From: Marsupella aquatica
Taxonomy: Eukaryota; Plantae; Marchantiophyta
NCBI GenBank assembly: GCA_973895155.1
Contig: OZ316895.1
Span: forward strand, 4,203,659 to 4,267,658
Length of the DNA stretch: 64,000 nucleotides
Reading direction: 5' to 3'
This document shows positions 11,794 through 24,800 of this stretch, piece after piece; the first letter of the stretch is position 1, and each line of letters begins with the position of its first letter. Position numbers and translations under genes: made by a program. The notes under the pieces were generated by a model. It saw only the letters and a list, made by a program, of their open reading frames with translations, was not told the origin of the DNA and searched no databases.

Positions 11794-13404
11794 TTTACAA
11801 AGGAATTTGTGTAGTAATTTTATGCAAGGCAAAGCTGGATCTCGAGAATTGACCCCTTGATCCAGTGCATGGGGCATCTAGAATAGTCGTTACAGGCTTG
11901 GATTGGAAAAAATGTATCATACTAGCAACAGGGATTCAAATGCGACTAGAATATTTGTAATCAGGGGGGCAAGCACGCGACACTGCCTTTTAGTGAGCTC
12001 CCCTATATTAGACCCCAGCGATTCGAGTCGTAGCATATGGAGAGCACTTGCCTTCCCTTGGGTTGTTGCACATATCGGCAGTGCACCCAGAATTTGAGAT
12101 CATCACTAGACAATTTGGATGTGTTAGTTTAAGGCCGCATGACGGTTTAGTTGCCACGTGTGTCATGTGGCCTTCGTCGCTGGGGGAGAAAAAGTATGTT
12201 GAAGGCGAGATAGGTAGAAAAAACAACCCTGATGTACAGTTTTAGTGGAAACGCTTGGGCATACCATTGAAATCTCTTCTTGGGTGTTAGCTTGTTGACG
12301 CACAGAATGACACGTTAGTCAGTCCACATGTCGAATATGACCAGTGCACATTTGTATGTAAGGGTTGCTTGGATAACTCACATCGTGCAAATGTGCCCCC
12401 AACTTGTCTTCGATTGCAAATGGCAGCACTTGCAGGCAAGCAGACACTGTGGGTTCGAGGATCTTTAGTACTGAATTCCCAATACTGGGTAACGTCTCAG
12501 TTCTGAGTACTAATCTTTCTTCTGTGCTGAGAGGATTATGATGTCTTATGGATGTAAGCTGGGTTTTAGCACAGCAATTTGCACCTCCAAAGTCAGCTTG
12601 CACGATTCCCTCAAAACATGTCGCGTCCACCTTCATCTTGCTATGCAGGACAATGTTCTTTCATCTTTCCTATCTAGACCTTCCAGGATTCGTCGTAAGT
12701 GGGGTCCCATATCTTAGCATGAGATTGGAATATTGTCAAAGAATGTCATGCAGAGGCAGCACTACAAATGCCAGGGCAAATAATATGACAAGTTAGTGCT
12801 GGCTACGGTAAGTGCTACTGAAACGATTGTTTCTTATCACAGAAGAATTCGACAGGCTATTTTCCAATATTTTTCCAACATAGGCCGACATTTGACCACA
12901 CTAATAATACCTCAATCAAAATCATGTCATGAACATCTTCCAATTGGAGTGTAGAACTGGAGGGCTATTATCTATTCTATCTCTCAAAAACCATCTTGGT
13001 CATATGTTGCTTCTCTTGTACTGTTCTAATGCCATTCGAACCTCGCTTCTTCAAACCCAGAATGTTGACACAATGCAATCGATCGGTCCCATCCAAATCC
13101 GAATCCGAGACCTGACATGGGTTTGAACGAAGACTGGAAAAAGAATCCAATCACCTTGTCAACATGAACAAGAATCTTATTTTTGTATACTTGTAGCATT
13201 CAACTAACCTACTTGAGTGATCTAAAAATTACTGTACTAGTTGTTGTCTATCCATGTGCTGATAATTCCTCTAACAGAACTGTATTTACCGGGCCTCCCC
13301 ACCATATTTAGGTCACAAATTTAAGCAGTTCTCAGATCAGTCCACTGCTTATTTGGGATGAAGGGAAATTCCGTAAATGACTTGAGCGGCGTTGAAACTT
13401 GGCA

Positions 13405-13760
13405 AACTTCTATCTTGTACGTTTGGTAGGCCTGGGGGCATCAGACTAGCGTGCTAGAGGACCCACCCCACTGAGTAAACCACTTGATTGACATTGAATG
13501 GTGCAAAACTTATATCTTGTATGACTGTTAGGCCTGGGGACCAAACGACTAGAGCTAGACGACCTATTCACTAAAAGAATAAGCCTTAAGCGGCGTTGGA
13601 ATGTCCTAACTTGTATCTTGTATGTTAGGCCTGGGGACCAGACTAGCCTAGAGCTAGACAAGCCATATATCCACCAAGTACACAACTTGACTGGTCCTGA
13701 ACTGTGCCAACTCATATCTTGTGTGCTAGGCCTGGGGACCATGCTAGCGAGCTAGATGGC
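13405..13760. repeat. Diverged tandem repeat of about 101 bp, x4
   Basis: Core tatcttgt...taggcctgggg(a/g)c...ctag recurs near 13411, 13513, 13614 and 13715. Confidence 0.8.
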
Positions 13761-13827
13761 CATCCCCCGAGTATGCCGGTTCAACAACCCCAAGCAGCTC
13801 CATTCTATGCGGCATGCTCAAACGCTC

Positions 13828-14413
13828 TCACTGGGAGCATGCTAGATCACGAATTACGTCGAATGCTTTCGCAATGATCGCAGAATTCTTGCCACAACCG
13901 AAGTCAGACCGAGTTGGAATTGATCTGGACTCCTGGGATTGAGCGGCACCCCAAAGCTCACAATGCCTTGCCTTCGTCCCCTTTGCACGGAATAACAGCC
14001 TTGTGCAATTCTCCAGCTTGAAAGTACAGCTTCTTGTTGGGAGTGTTGATCAAACCCACAGAGAGTGTCCCCTGCACCACCTGGAGTCGCTTTGTGGATC
14101 CTTGCCGGAAGTGGAGAGGTGCATGAGTAATAACTCCAAGTCCCGTCAAAACTGGAAAGAATTTGCCAAAGCCCCTGCTGTTGAATGTAAGCGATGCCTT
14201 GGGAGCAAAAGAAGCTGTGGCTCCGTTGGCGAGGCCAGCGAAAGTGTAAAAACTGCCGTCATCAGCGATGAAGGAAAGGGTGGTCACTTCATGCACGAGG
14301 AAACCTGTCGTGAGCTCTGGACCACCGCCGCTGCACCAGACCTTCACAGTGACAAAGGCGAACGCTAGAAGACATATCAGCCCAAATATTAGGACGATGC
14401 TCTCGCGAGCCAT
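13828..14413 (-). pseudogene. Germin-like protein (cupin) pseudogene
   Basis: Signal-peptide-like N-terminus, then PELTTGF, FYTFAGL, FPVLTGLGV and VVQGTLSVGLINTPNKKLY. C-terminal fragments (PGVQI, FGCGKNSAIIAKAFDV) lie beyond a stop or in other frames. The germin box HxHPRAxE is missing. Confidence 0.7.
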
Positions 14414-15375
14414 CGTCTGTCTGTTACATAGCTCCAAGCCGCGGTATGATTACGTGACTCTTTCGTCTGATGAAACAGCACATGCTGCTGCGTCGTCGTC
14501 TCCCTCAGACTCTTTGTTTGTCCCCAGGCCCGCGAATGAGTCGAGACAACATCTCACTTCGGCAGATCGATCGAGCTTGACAACCTGATTATATCATTCG
14601 TTCTTCCGGACGAGAAGGAAGCTTTCTTACTGCATATCAATGTCCAGAACTAGGATTTAAAATGAATGTGGAATTAGCTAGCCTACAAGCTTTGCTCCTA
14701 ACGAAAACTGTAGACGACGCTAACGTTATATATTTATATTATACACTTTCACTGCTGGCGGCCGGCCCTGTGCTTCAGACGGCAGCAGAATTATTCCTCA
14801 GTTTATATTCCTTCATGCTGCCAATTTGGTACACCCACATCAAATAAAACAAAACCAGACTTTTGAGGATCTCAAACCTCAAAACTTGATGTACTATTAG
14901 TTTAAGGTTACTTAACTACTAGTTTAAGGTTACTTACGGATGTGGAGTACAAAATTTATGATTCATAAGTAACTTTCTGTTGTAAAGAACGATAGTCGAG
15001 ATGATGCTATGCCATGACCATAAGTCTGTCTAGAGGCTAGTGAAAAAAAACGAAAGTTTAAACTTTTATACAAACCTGTGAAAAAAGGTATGTGAATTTC
15101 TTTGTGGCCAAAAGCCATCACCCTAAGCATGAATCCTTGAGACGCCCTGTCTTCTCAGCAGATTTGGCATGCAGAGGAGACAGGTTGTTGTCCTGTCTAG
15201 AACTGATTAAACAGGAGAATTACATCCAATTACGTGAAAGATAACTTGACAGTTTTAAATCTGCAGAACAAGTTGTCACAGCTAGTAATAGTGTAGTATA
15301 TATCACACTTTCCATTATAACCCAAGCCCCAAACCCGGATACAGGATCCCAAAGGCAACCCAATTAAAATTAAAA

Positions 15376-15423
15376 AGGGGGGTTGGGGGGGGGGGGGGGG
15401 GGGGGGGGTGGGGGGTGGGGGGA
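15376..15423. repeat. G-rich homopolymeric tract
   Basis: About 48 nt of nearly pure G broken by a few T. Confidence 0.95.
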
Positions 15424-15697
15424 TTGAAATAGGCAAGAAAGCCCTGAGTTGCCAACAACCACAAAAAGATTGAACCCCCCAAAATAGTAGAGAACACTGA
15501 ACCTTACTAGGCAGAACACTGAAGAGCCTTATAGACCTCCGGAGTAAACTGCTTATAGGAGGGCCACCAAGAAAAAATATTCTTTCTGCAGGTGTCATGA
15601 CTAGCAACAGTGGTCTACATTTTGAGTTTTAGAATTCATCAAAGGGCAAATTGGCCGGCAGCTGGCTGCTTTTCCTATGTGAGTGTATTATAGTGTA

Positions 15698-18600
15698 TAG
15701 CCAGCCATGCATGCTATAAGGCGGCTTCATGTTCAACCTTCCCTAAATGTGTGTGGGACAAAACAAGCTCCAAGGTGCACGTGGTCTTTCACTATTCTTC
15801 ATCACATATTGCATGTAGTTTCCCAATGCATGTGTGGCTCCTGCAGAGTAGAACATTTGATAAGGTGTTTGGATCAGTGTATTTTTTAAGGTTTTTTATT
15901 TTTAGCCAGTGTGGCGAATGTTTGTTTCTCTAAGGGAGGAGATTCTAGAAATATTCTCTGTCTGATTTATTGAATTACATTGTGACCGTCAGATATCCCT
16001 AGATTTAAGGAGGGCCATTAGATTCTGGCTAATGGGGTCCATGATTTGGTGGAAGAGTGGCTAATGGTGTCAGAAAAATGTAACAAATATTAGCCAAAAG
16101 TGGCGAAAGTTTCTTGGGGAGGTGAAATTTGGCTCAAATTTGCACTTAAAAAAATACGCTGGTTTGGATCGACTGCTGAAACTTGTATCGACCTGTTTGA
16201 ACCATCTCTCTTTACCCTGATACACAATGGGGTACACAATTTCTCTTCGGAAGAATGCTCACCTTTTTGGGTGTCAAACAGGCTTGGTACATTACAATCC
16301 AAAGAGCCCGCCAGAGATAAAATGTTGCGGTCCATCTGAGCATCAATTGGAATTTCATCTAAACACTATAGACAGTATACAATCCAGTTTTTTTTCCCTC
16401 ATGGCCTTACAAAATGCACTTTTGGAGGGAATTCACCATGAGTGTTCCATTTAAATCTTAAATTTCTTTAGTCATGAGACCTAGTGAAAGGAAGAATGAA
16501 GGGGAAATCCTAGCTTGGTGCATAGATGCGCCTCCACCCACACCTAGACTCGTGCTCTGACATCCATAGAAAGATTTCAATCTCTTAGGTCACTTGAAGT
16601 TGAATGTTGAGCTGACATGTGGCTATCATGGGTACTAGGTGTGTCCAAAAAGACAATCTAAGTAGGCCCCACATTACGTTACGAACATTTGGACATATGC
16701 TTGCCCTATTCGCATAAAGGAAAATGCTAAAACGATAACCATGCACAATAGGATTTTGAGTTCAAAAGAGATTATTTATAAACGAGTGAGAAAATATTTA
16801 GAATCTATAAGGAAGAGGAGAACAAAATTTGTCATTTCTTCTATTCTTTCTCTATGAATTATTTTTTCCAAGTTACAGAAATCTAAAATTCTTTGTTGCA
16901 ACAGTGTCATTGACCAGCTAGCGACTATATGTGGGCAAGAACAAAATGGCCACAACAATGAAATGGCCACAATGACAAATTGATTGCAAGGATGAAATGA
17001 CAGCAACAATGAAATGGTTGCAATCATGACAATTGTGCCACGCATCGGCAATGGGCTTGCTTATCCTATAGAAATGGCCTTATGTACAAACAAAACGCTG
17101 GAAAGGAGACTTGAAGTTTGGAAAATACCTCATGGGGTTTCAAGTATTTTACTCAGCTCAAATGGCCGCTGTTGCTCATCAGACCAGATCCACCAGGCCG
17201 CACCATCTATATATAGGATACTAGTTCAATACCCATGCGTTGCACAGAAAATGTTGAGTTGAGGCACTGAAGGAGTTGTGGAGCTAGTCAAGGAAATGTC
17301 ATTGAGACGACCAAGTCACTGAGACATCTTATGTGTTGTGAACTGTTTTCCAGAAGTGGTTTGAGGCAAGGAATGTGTTGACAGAGGCAAGGAAGTGTTG
17401 TCCACTCCCCGGTCCACTCCAGGCTGTTTGGAATGTTGCAAACCTGGTTGCAAAAGTGTTATCAAAGCAAAACATAGTCAGCTTATATTGAAAACCCCAA
17501 AAGACATGGGAACAGCATGGACTCTGGCCTGTGAGTTTAGAAAGAAAAGAGCTTACCTAGGGCAAGGCAAGGGGCACTGCAAGCACATCCCCATGTGCTA
17601 GGAAAATCAAGTGTCAAGGCAGGGTGTGCAAGGAAAATGGAAGGCCAGGCCAGGCCTGGGCTGGGCTGGGCTGGGCTGGGCATGTTGTGAGCACCCACTC
17701 GGTGTGACCATCTCAGGTCAGCCCAGTTGAGATCTAGGCACATCCCAGCCCGGCCCAGAATGACACATCAAAAGCGATGAATGATAGGGTAAGCTATTTT
17801 ATGTGTCATTTTGTGGAAGTGAAACCCCAAGCATGGCGTTGACTTGGGCTCTTGGGGGAAAGGCGGCTTTTGGAGATCAACAACCCTTTATTGGGTTGTT
17901 CATCGTCTAGTGAGATCTGGGATCGGGCCTTTTGTTTTTTGGCGCTCTGATATATGTAGAACTAATTGCAATGAGAAGCTAAAGTTGAGATCTAGGCTTG
18001 TAGACTCGCTTGTAAAGTGAAGCCTCTCGATGGCCCCACCAAACTTTATGTGGATGGAAAGAAGATGGGATATAATGTAAAAAGATGATCATCTATGATC
18101 ATATATTGTCATCATTCCCATTAACATTCAAAGAATGGGCATTCATGCTCTTATATCTATATGCTACTTTTGACATTAATATGTCATTCCCATTAATTAA
18201 AATTCAAAGAAAGAATGACATTGATTCTCTTATATTTATATGCTACTTTTGACATTAACATTCAAAGAATGAGCAATCAGGTTTGTATATTTATATGCTA
18301 CTTTTGAAAAGCTTTGAAAAGAAAACATTGCATGGGATATAGTGTGCAACCTAGTTAACCTAACCCGACCTAACCTAGTTTTCGACTAAGGTCAGCCCTA
18401 ACTATGGTTACAGTTGTAACCCTAGATCTAAGAGAAAAGCCTAACATAGCCAGCCATGCATCCTCCGAGGGGGCCTCATCTTCAATCTTCACCAAATGTG
18501 TTGGGACAAAACAAGATCCAAGGTGCAGGTGGTGTTTCAATATTTTTCATCACATAATTATTGTATTTTGTTTTTGAAACTAACACTTCTCTGTTTACCC

Positions 18601-19066
18601 TGGTACACAAAGTTTTTGGAAGAATGCTCACCTTTTTCGGTGTCAAAAGTGTTGGGTCCATCGCCGGGGTCCATCACAATCCTATGATCAAACATTGTGG
18701 TCCATCTGAATATCAAAATGTTCATCCTATGGAAATCATGGCCTCACATGAACACAGAAACATTGGAAAAGGAGACTTGAACTTTGAGAAAAGCCTTTAA
18801 TTTTGTGCCTAACTATTTCTTCTCAACTGAAAGGGCCATAAATTGTCCCTCACCAGACCTGATCCACGAGGTTACTTGCCCCATTTATAGAAGACTAGAC
18901 AGTTCAATACCCACGCTTAGTACAGAAAAATGTTGAGGTGAGGCAAGGAAGAGTTAGTGTTGTGGAGGCAAGGAAGTGTCATTGAGACATAGAACTTTCT
19001 TAGACATCTTATGTGTCATGAAGTTGCAGAAGTGGGGTTGAGGCAACTGAAAGAATATGTTGACAG
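15698..19066 (+). repeat. Two diverged copies of an unclassified element of about 0.6 kb (15698-17395 interrupted; 18448-19066 contiguous)
   Basis: Shared colinear blocks: tagccagccatgcat...gggacaaaacaag.tccaaggtgca; ggaagaatgctcacctttt..ggtgtcaaa; ggagacttgaa; agttcaataccca; tgtcattgagac; agacatcttatgtgt. Confidence 0.7.
18105..18310. repeat. Short AT-rich imperfect tandem repeat (about 3 copies)
   Basis: Recurrent ttcaaagaa...tatat(c/t)tatatgctacttttga. Confidence 0.7.
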
Positions 19067-19069
19067 CTT

Positions 19070-19270
19070 GAGGGTTTTCATTTTCATAGAATAGACACAT
19101 CATGTGCGACAAAAAATTAAATAAAGTTGTTTTATTGGTACTAGAGGAAGACACAGAAATTTTTGTGGAAGAACATTAGTGTTTTCAAAGTCAATTCTTG
19201 AGTCTTGGAAGAACATTAGCGTCATTTTAATCAAGAATTCCAAGAATAACCCAATTAGGGGTGAAAATAT
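19070..19270 (-). mobile_element. MITE-like family A, diverged reverse-orientation copy
   Basis: The reverse complement contains cactaatgttcttcc, ccaataaaa and gtcgcacatgatgtg...gaaaaccc blocks shared with the 28.5-29.1 kb copies. Confidence 0.55.
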
Positions 19271-21888
19271 CAAAACTTTCTGATGTTTTAGGGAGTCTAA
19301 GGCTTAAATACGTAGCAGGTGATGGGCCATGTGAGCTAGAATGAAGGGGAGTTTTATTCATTTTAGTGAAGTTCTCAGAAGTAGGCAGGAAGTTAGAAGG
19401 TAACGACCATATGAAATTTTGTCACATGATTCATCTTCTGCCACATGTCAATTAATGAGTGGTAGTTTTTAAAGCCCCAAGTATGCAACTCTGTATAGTA
19501 GGCAGGGTCTACATATTTATTTATATGTCAGGACTAAAAGGTGGGCTACAGTATTGGAAAACACCTGGGTTTCCCACTTGTTCAAATTTTTCCACATGAA
19601 ATCATTTTCTGTTTTTTTCTACAGTTGCATTTTTGGATTCCTCAAGATGAGAGGTACAAAAGCTTAGCAATGTTATATATGTACAGTATAAGGAATTAAA
19701 AACTGCCTTAAAAATTAATTAATTTTTGCATACCCACGTTTAAAGGTTCATACTCCTATGAAAGCTGACGGTTTAACAGGGCCGTTTGTAATAGTTGCGT
19801 TTGCAAAGGGTACACAATGATTTTATATGGTGAAACCCCACTTGAAGTTGACCTAGGCTGGAGCTCGACATAGCAGTGTGAAATATAGTTGGATGTGATG
19901 AACGGATAAGATTTCAGAGGCTATTCAGTTTGCCACCAGGATTGACGTAGGATTTCCGTCTTGTTCCTGGCTGACTTTGTGTTGGACTTATGCGGGTCTC
20001 TTGGGCTTTTTAACTCACTGATTGCCTCGGTGCCCTTTATTGGGTATTCCGGCAACCCAAGTTTTGAGGACATTATTCGCATAATGCTAGTAACTAGGAA
20101 ATTAATGTGCATAAAAACTTGACTGATTTTTTGATAACAAACAAGAAAAAAGAAATCTCTGAATAGAAAATCCAAGCTAAAGGGTCTACAATTGACCAAA
20201 GACATCAAAGAAGTTAAAAACAAATCTTTTGATTTTGATACAAGTTATTATATTATTTTATTTGATAACATTATAATTATGTTTTACCTTTCTTATTTTT
20301 GTGATGCTTCACATAATGCCATACTCAAAAGAAGGGAGGAATATTGTATAAGAAATTAATGCACTCAAAATTCAAATTAATGCACTCAAAATCCAAAGAG
20401 AAAAATAACAAAACTCTTTACGCTACCGTAATGAGATCCAGGATTGGGTCTTCTGCCTTTCAGCAGTCCTATACATATTTATAACATACTTTTGAAAAGC
20501 CTACCTCGATAGTGATAGAACACCCCCACCAAGAAAAAGTACTTTTTAAGTTGAGCAACAATCAAGTAACCTCAATCTCCCTTTCGAGTTTCGGAGCAGT
20601 CTCTGTAACGTCCCGCACAGCCGCCTCCTTTTTTCATGAACGTTGATGTCCATGGGTTCGGATCGATCGATGGCCCGATCGATAGCGGTGCGCATTCGTG
20701 GTCGATCGACTGTTCCATGTATCAACACTCAGGGGACTTTTCGCTTTCCAGAAAGCACTTACGGTAGTCATTTGTCGATCTGTAGCAGCGCTGCCTACGG
20801 CTCGTTGCATTACGGCAGTGGATTATTTTATCCAATCCTAAGTCAGCCCGTCTACAGTTTTAAAAAGAAATCTGAGTCGAGCGTGACGTAGATGGAGCTG
20901 CATCACGCAGACGTCGAAAGTCCGACCCTAGTAGACAACTTACTATCAAGCTGAAGACACTGCTATCAGATCAGATGACATATAAAAAGGGAGCATACGA
21001 ACTTAGTCACTCAGGGCGAGAGAGATTTTTAAGACATTCGAAAGACCTCGAGAATGGCTCAAGTCCCAGTGGAGTTTGCATGCTCATTGCCTTGCATGCT
21101 CAAGCTGATTTGGAGGGAGTGTATGCCATGGGACAAGCTGTGTTAGAGAAGTTCTGAGCCAGGCACACCTCGGAAGGTCACTGCTGCCAATGCGCACTTG
21201 ACCAAACAAGTCTTGAGGACTAGCTTGAGAACCTATACAAGGTAGCATTCTTCTTCCAGTGCTAACTTTTGTGTGTCTTCACTAGAGAACGTCAGATATA
21301 AGTTAAACTTTATAATAGGTCTGATATCTCAAGCTACTAAAGTCTTCAGAAATGATTGATTGTAGGGCTAGTCAAGTCACAAATGGTACTGGAGTCGGGT
21401 CTGGAGTTTGCATCTCTTTCTCTTTCTCATATCCATCCGAAGGTTCAGGAACGATCAGTTTGAACGGCTCGACATGAGTCCTGTGGTGTGCGACACTTCA
21501 CTGTGAACGACGACAACAATAGGAATAAACAGACAAAACCTGGAGATCAGGGAGGAAAGAGCTAAAGAAATGATTACGGTCCCGGAAGGCATTCCATTGA
21601 AACGCGCCTTTCACCAGTACGTCTCTCCAATCGGAAAGAGGTTTCAGTAATGATTTCACCTTGAGCGGGCCAGGTGTCCAGGACCCTGTCTGTACATGAC
21701 GCCACGGAATGGATTTCCAGTTGACTACTATATACATGTGGACATTGAAAATTGAGAGGAAGCTTGCAATTGGTGGCCTGTGAGCAAACCCAGCAAAACC
21801 ATACAGAGATCGGTAAAGAAGTCAGTAGCTAGCTAGGGATGCTTCTGTAATTCTGTCACTCTTTCTCCGTAATTTCGACATTATATAT

Positions 21889-24800
21889 ATGGAGTCCATT
21901 TTTTCATTCAGAGTGTGGGTGTGCGGGCATCTCGGTGTGCACAACTTTCACTCAATTGCCTTCTTGCTATCGATGTTAATCTTCAACTCGCAGTGCTTGG
22001 AATTGCGTGCTGCCGATCTGCAACCACTTTATAGTCGACAGCCATATGACATGGAATACAGTAGTAATCATCTCCAAGGTGAGGCTCAAGTACTGGCGCT
22101 GAGGAACTACAGAGCTATAGCAGCTGAGAAACATCCGCATCTGCTTACTCCCGCAAGAGATCTCAAGGTGGCAAGCAGGTCGACAAGGAACGTCAGTAGC
22201 AAAGCAGTAACGGGAGCACTACGCGCGAACCTCAACGGCACAAGAGCACCAGATAGAGAAGTGCAGGCACTTGCAGCTTTCAAGGCAGCTATTTCAGGAG
22301 ATCCTCTGAATGCACTGAAGAGCTGGAACGTGAGGTCTGATTCAGATGTGTGTAGTAGCTGGGCTGGCGTCACATGCTCTCCCCAGCACCCCTACCATGC
22401 GGTCACTCTGATTTTGCCAGATCTTCTACTAGCAGGAAATCTGAATTCGGTGATGTTGGAGTTCAGTCAACTTCCGTTCCTGCGACGCTTGGATCTCTCC
22501 AGTAATTTCTTCACTGGCTCTATCAGGGGGAGGTCGCTGACCAACTTTTCCCATCTCTCGTATTTCAATATTTCGCAAAACTTCCTGACTGGAGAAATCC
22601 CATCCGAGATTGGAGAGCTCCTTACTCTCCAAGATCTCGATGTCAGTGCCAATAACCTTTCTGGACTGATTCCATCTCTTGCAAACTGCTCTTTTTTGAG
22701 AGTCCTCAATTTGGGAGGAAATTTCCTTGATGGAAACATACCTCCCTGGTTCGGGACCTTGCCCAATCTTGCATCTCTGGCATTGAACAGCAATTCTCTT
22801 TCTGGCAATATCCCCAGTGAGCTGGGTAATTGCTCCTCGCTTCGTAACCTCGATGTTTCGGCTAATTACCTTCTAGGGTCCGAGCTTCCTCAAGAGCTCT
22901 CCCAGCTGCAGCTACAAACACTGCAGGCTTATAAGTGCAGCTTTGGTGGCTCTCTTCCTATGTGGATAGGAAATCTGACATCTTTGCGAGGTTTGTCCTT
23001 GTCTTACAATCGTTTCGAAGGAGAAATACCGGAAACAATAGGACAACTGAAGCTCTTGACTGAGCTCTACCTCGGCGGTAACCTCTTGACAGTGTTACCG
23101 CTCTCCGTTTTCAATTGCACATTCCTATCTGAACTGGCACTCGAGAGTAACCTACTTACGTGCCACATCCCGCAGGAAGTAGGGTTACTAGCAAGCCTGG
23201 AAGTGCTGAGCTTGATTTACAATAACTTGACTGGTGTCATTCCTTCATTCCTTCATCCCTGGATAACTGTTCGGCCCTTGTTTTTCTTGAACTAGGGCAA
23301 AACGAGCTCATGGATCCGCAACCATTCCCATCGTGGATAGGATCTCACATAAATTTACAAGCGATCTCTCTTCCAAAAGCGAATCTGCATGGTGAATTTC
23401 CTCAGTTCCTAGGGAACCTCTCCAATCTTCAGATCCTTTTTCTCGACCTGAACAATCTCAATGGAACTATTCCAACTTCCTTGAAAAATTGTCGCTATCT
23501 GAGGGAGCTGGTTGTACAACAGAACAATCTCACGGGTAACATCCCGTCAGAATTGGGGCTACTGAGTTATATGGAAAGTTTCGACGTTAGTGGTAACCAC
23601 CTCACAGGTTCCTTTCCAGCATTCTTTGTCAACTGGACTCAACTGTCATTTTTTTCAGTGACAGTCAATGGCCTCAGCGGGATGCTGGAAGTCCCAACCA
23701 CAGTTGGAAATTTAGACCAATTGATGTACTTTGATGCTTCTGAGAATGATTTCGTAGGATCCATTCCGGAGACACTTGGTAATGCTTCAAATATAATTAC
23801 ATTGTATTTATATGGCAATCGCCTCAGTGGAGCGATTCCAAGCTCGTTGGCGAATATGACGTTAACGCAGTTGGCCCTTGACCATAACCGGCTACAGGGA
23901 AACGTTCCGGTGGACCTCTTCAGCTTTGGTCGTGGGTTCGGTTTCCTCGATCTGAGTGTCAATCTCCTCGAAGGCAGCATTCCTTTCAACATTGGCGAGC
24001 TTTCTGGATTGGGCTTTTTGAATTTGAGCCACAACAACTTCAATGGGACCATTCCTAGCTCTCTAGGAAATTGTTCCAACATGAATAAACTTGATCTTTC
24101 CAACAACCACTTTGAGGGGGTACTTCCGGCTTCGGCGATTGCGGCGATGTCCACCTCGCTCTTGTATTTGAGCCTTGCGCAAAATCTCTTTTCGGGGTTT
24201 TGGCCTAGCGAATTTAGGAAGGTGGTCAACATTCAAGTCATCAATGTATCAGCGAATTACCTCTCTGGATCTATCCCCCTAGGCCTCGGGGACTGCTTAT
24301 CTCTACAAAGCTTGGATATGTCCATGAATCGTTTTACAGGAGAAATTCCGCAAGACATTGGGTTGCTTATGAGTCTCGCGTTTTTCAATGCTTCGTTCAA
24401 TGAGTTTGAAGGACCTATACCTCAGATGGGACTCTTCAACACCAGCGGCATCAATGGAGATTCATTTTTGGGAAATCCTGCTCTATGCGGTCCTCCGGGT
24501 ATCATCGGACCAAACCATCACGAGTGTGCCGTGGCTCCGACGAACGTCAGCTGTCATGGAAGTTGTGAAGGTTTCAAATGCACAAACGTGTGGATACCCG
24601 TTACAGCGGCGGCAATCACTTCAATATCGCTGCTAATTGTTTTCATTGTGACTGGGATCAAGTTGCGCTGGAGTGCTTTCAGAGGTTCGAGAAACATGGA
24701 TGGCGACAAAGAGGTCATGATTAACTTTGCTACTCACGTTAGATTCACGGAAAGCGATGTGTTGCGAACAATCAATGATCCCAGCAAAGATAATATCATT

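Noticed and set aside
17943-17960. PBS-like gctctgatat followed by tgtag
   Set aside because: Imperfect match with no identifiable LTR or gag nearby.
23639-24232. 197-aa antisense ORF
   Set aside because: Shadow of the LRR coding sequence on the opposite strand.
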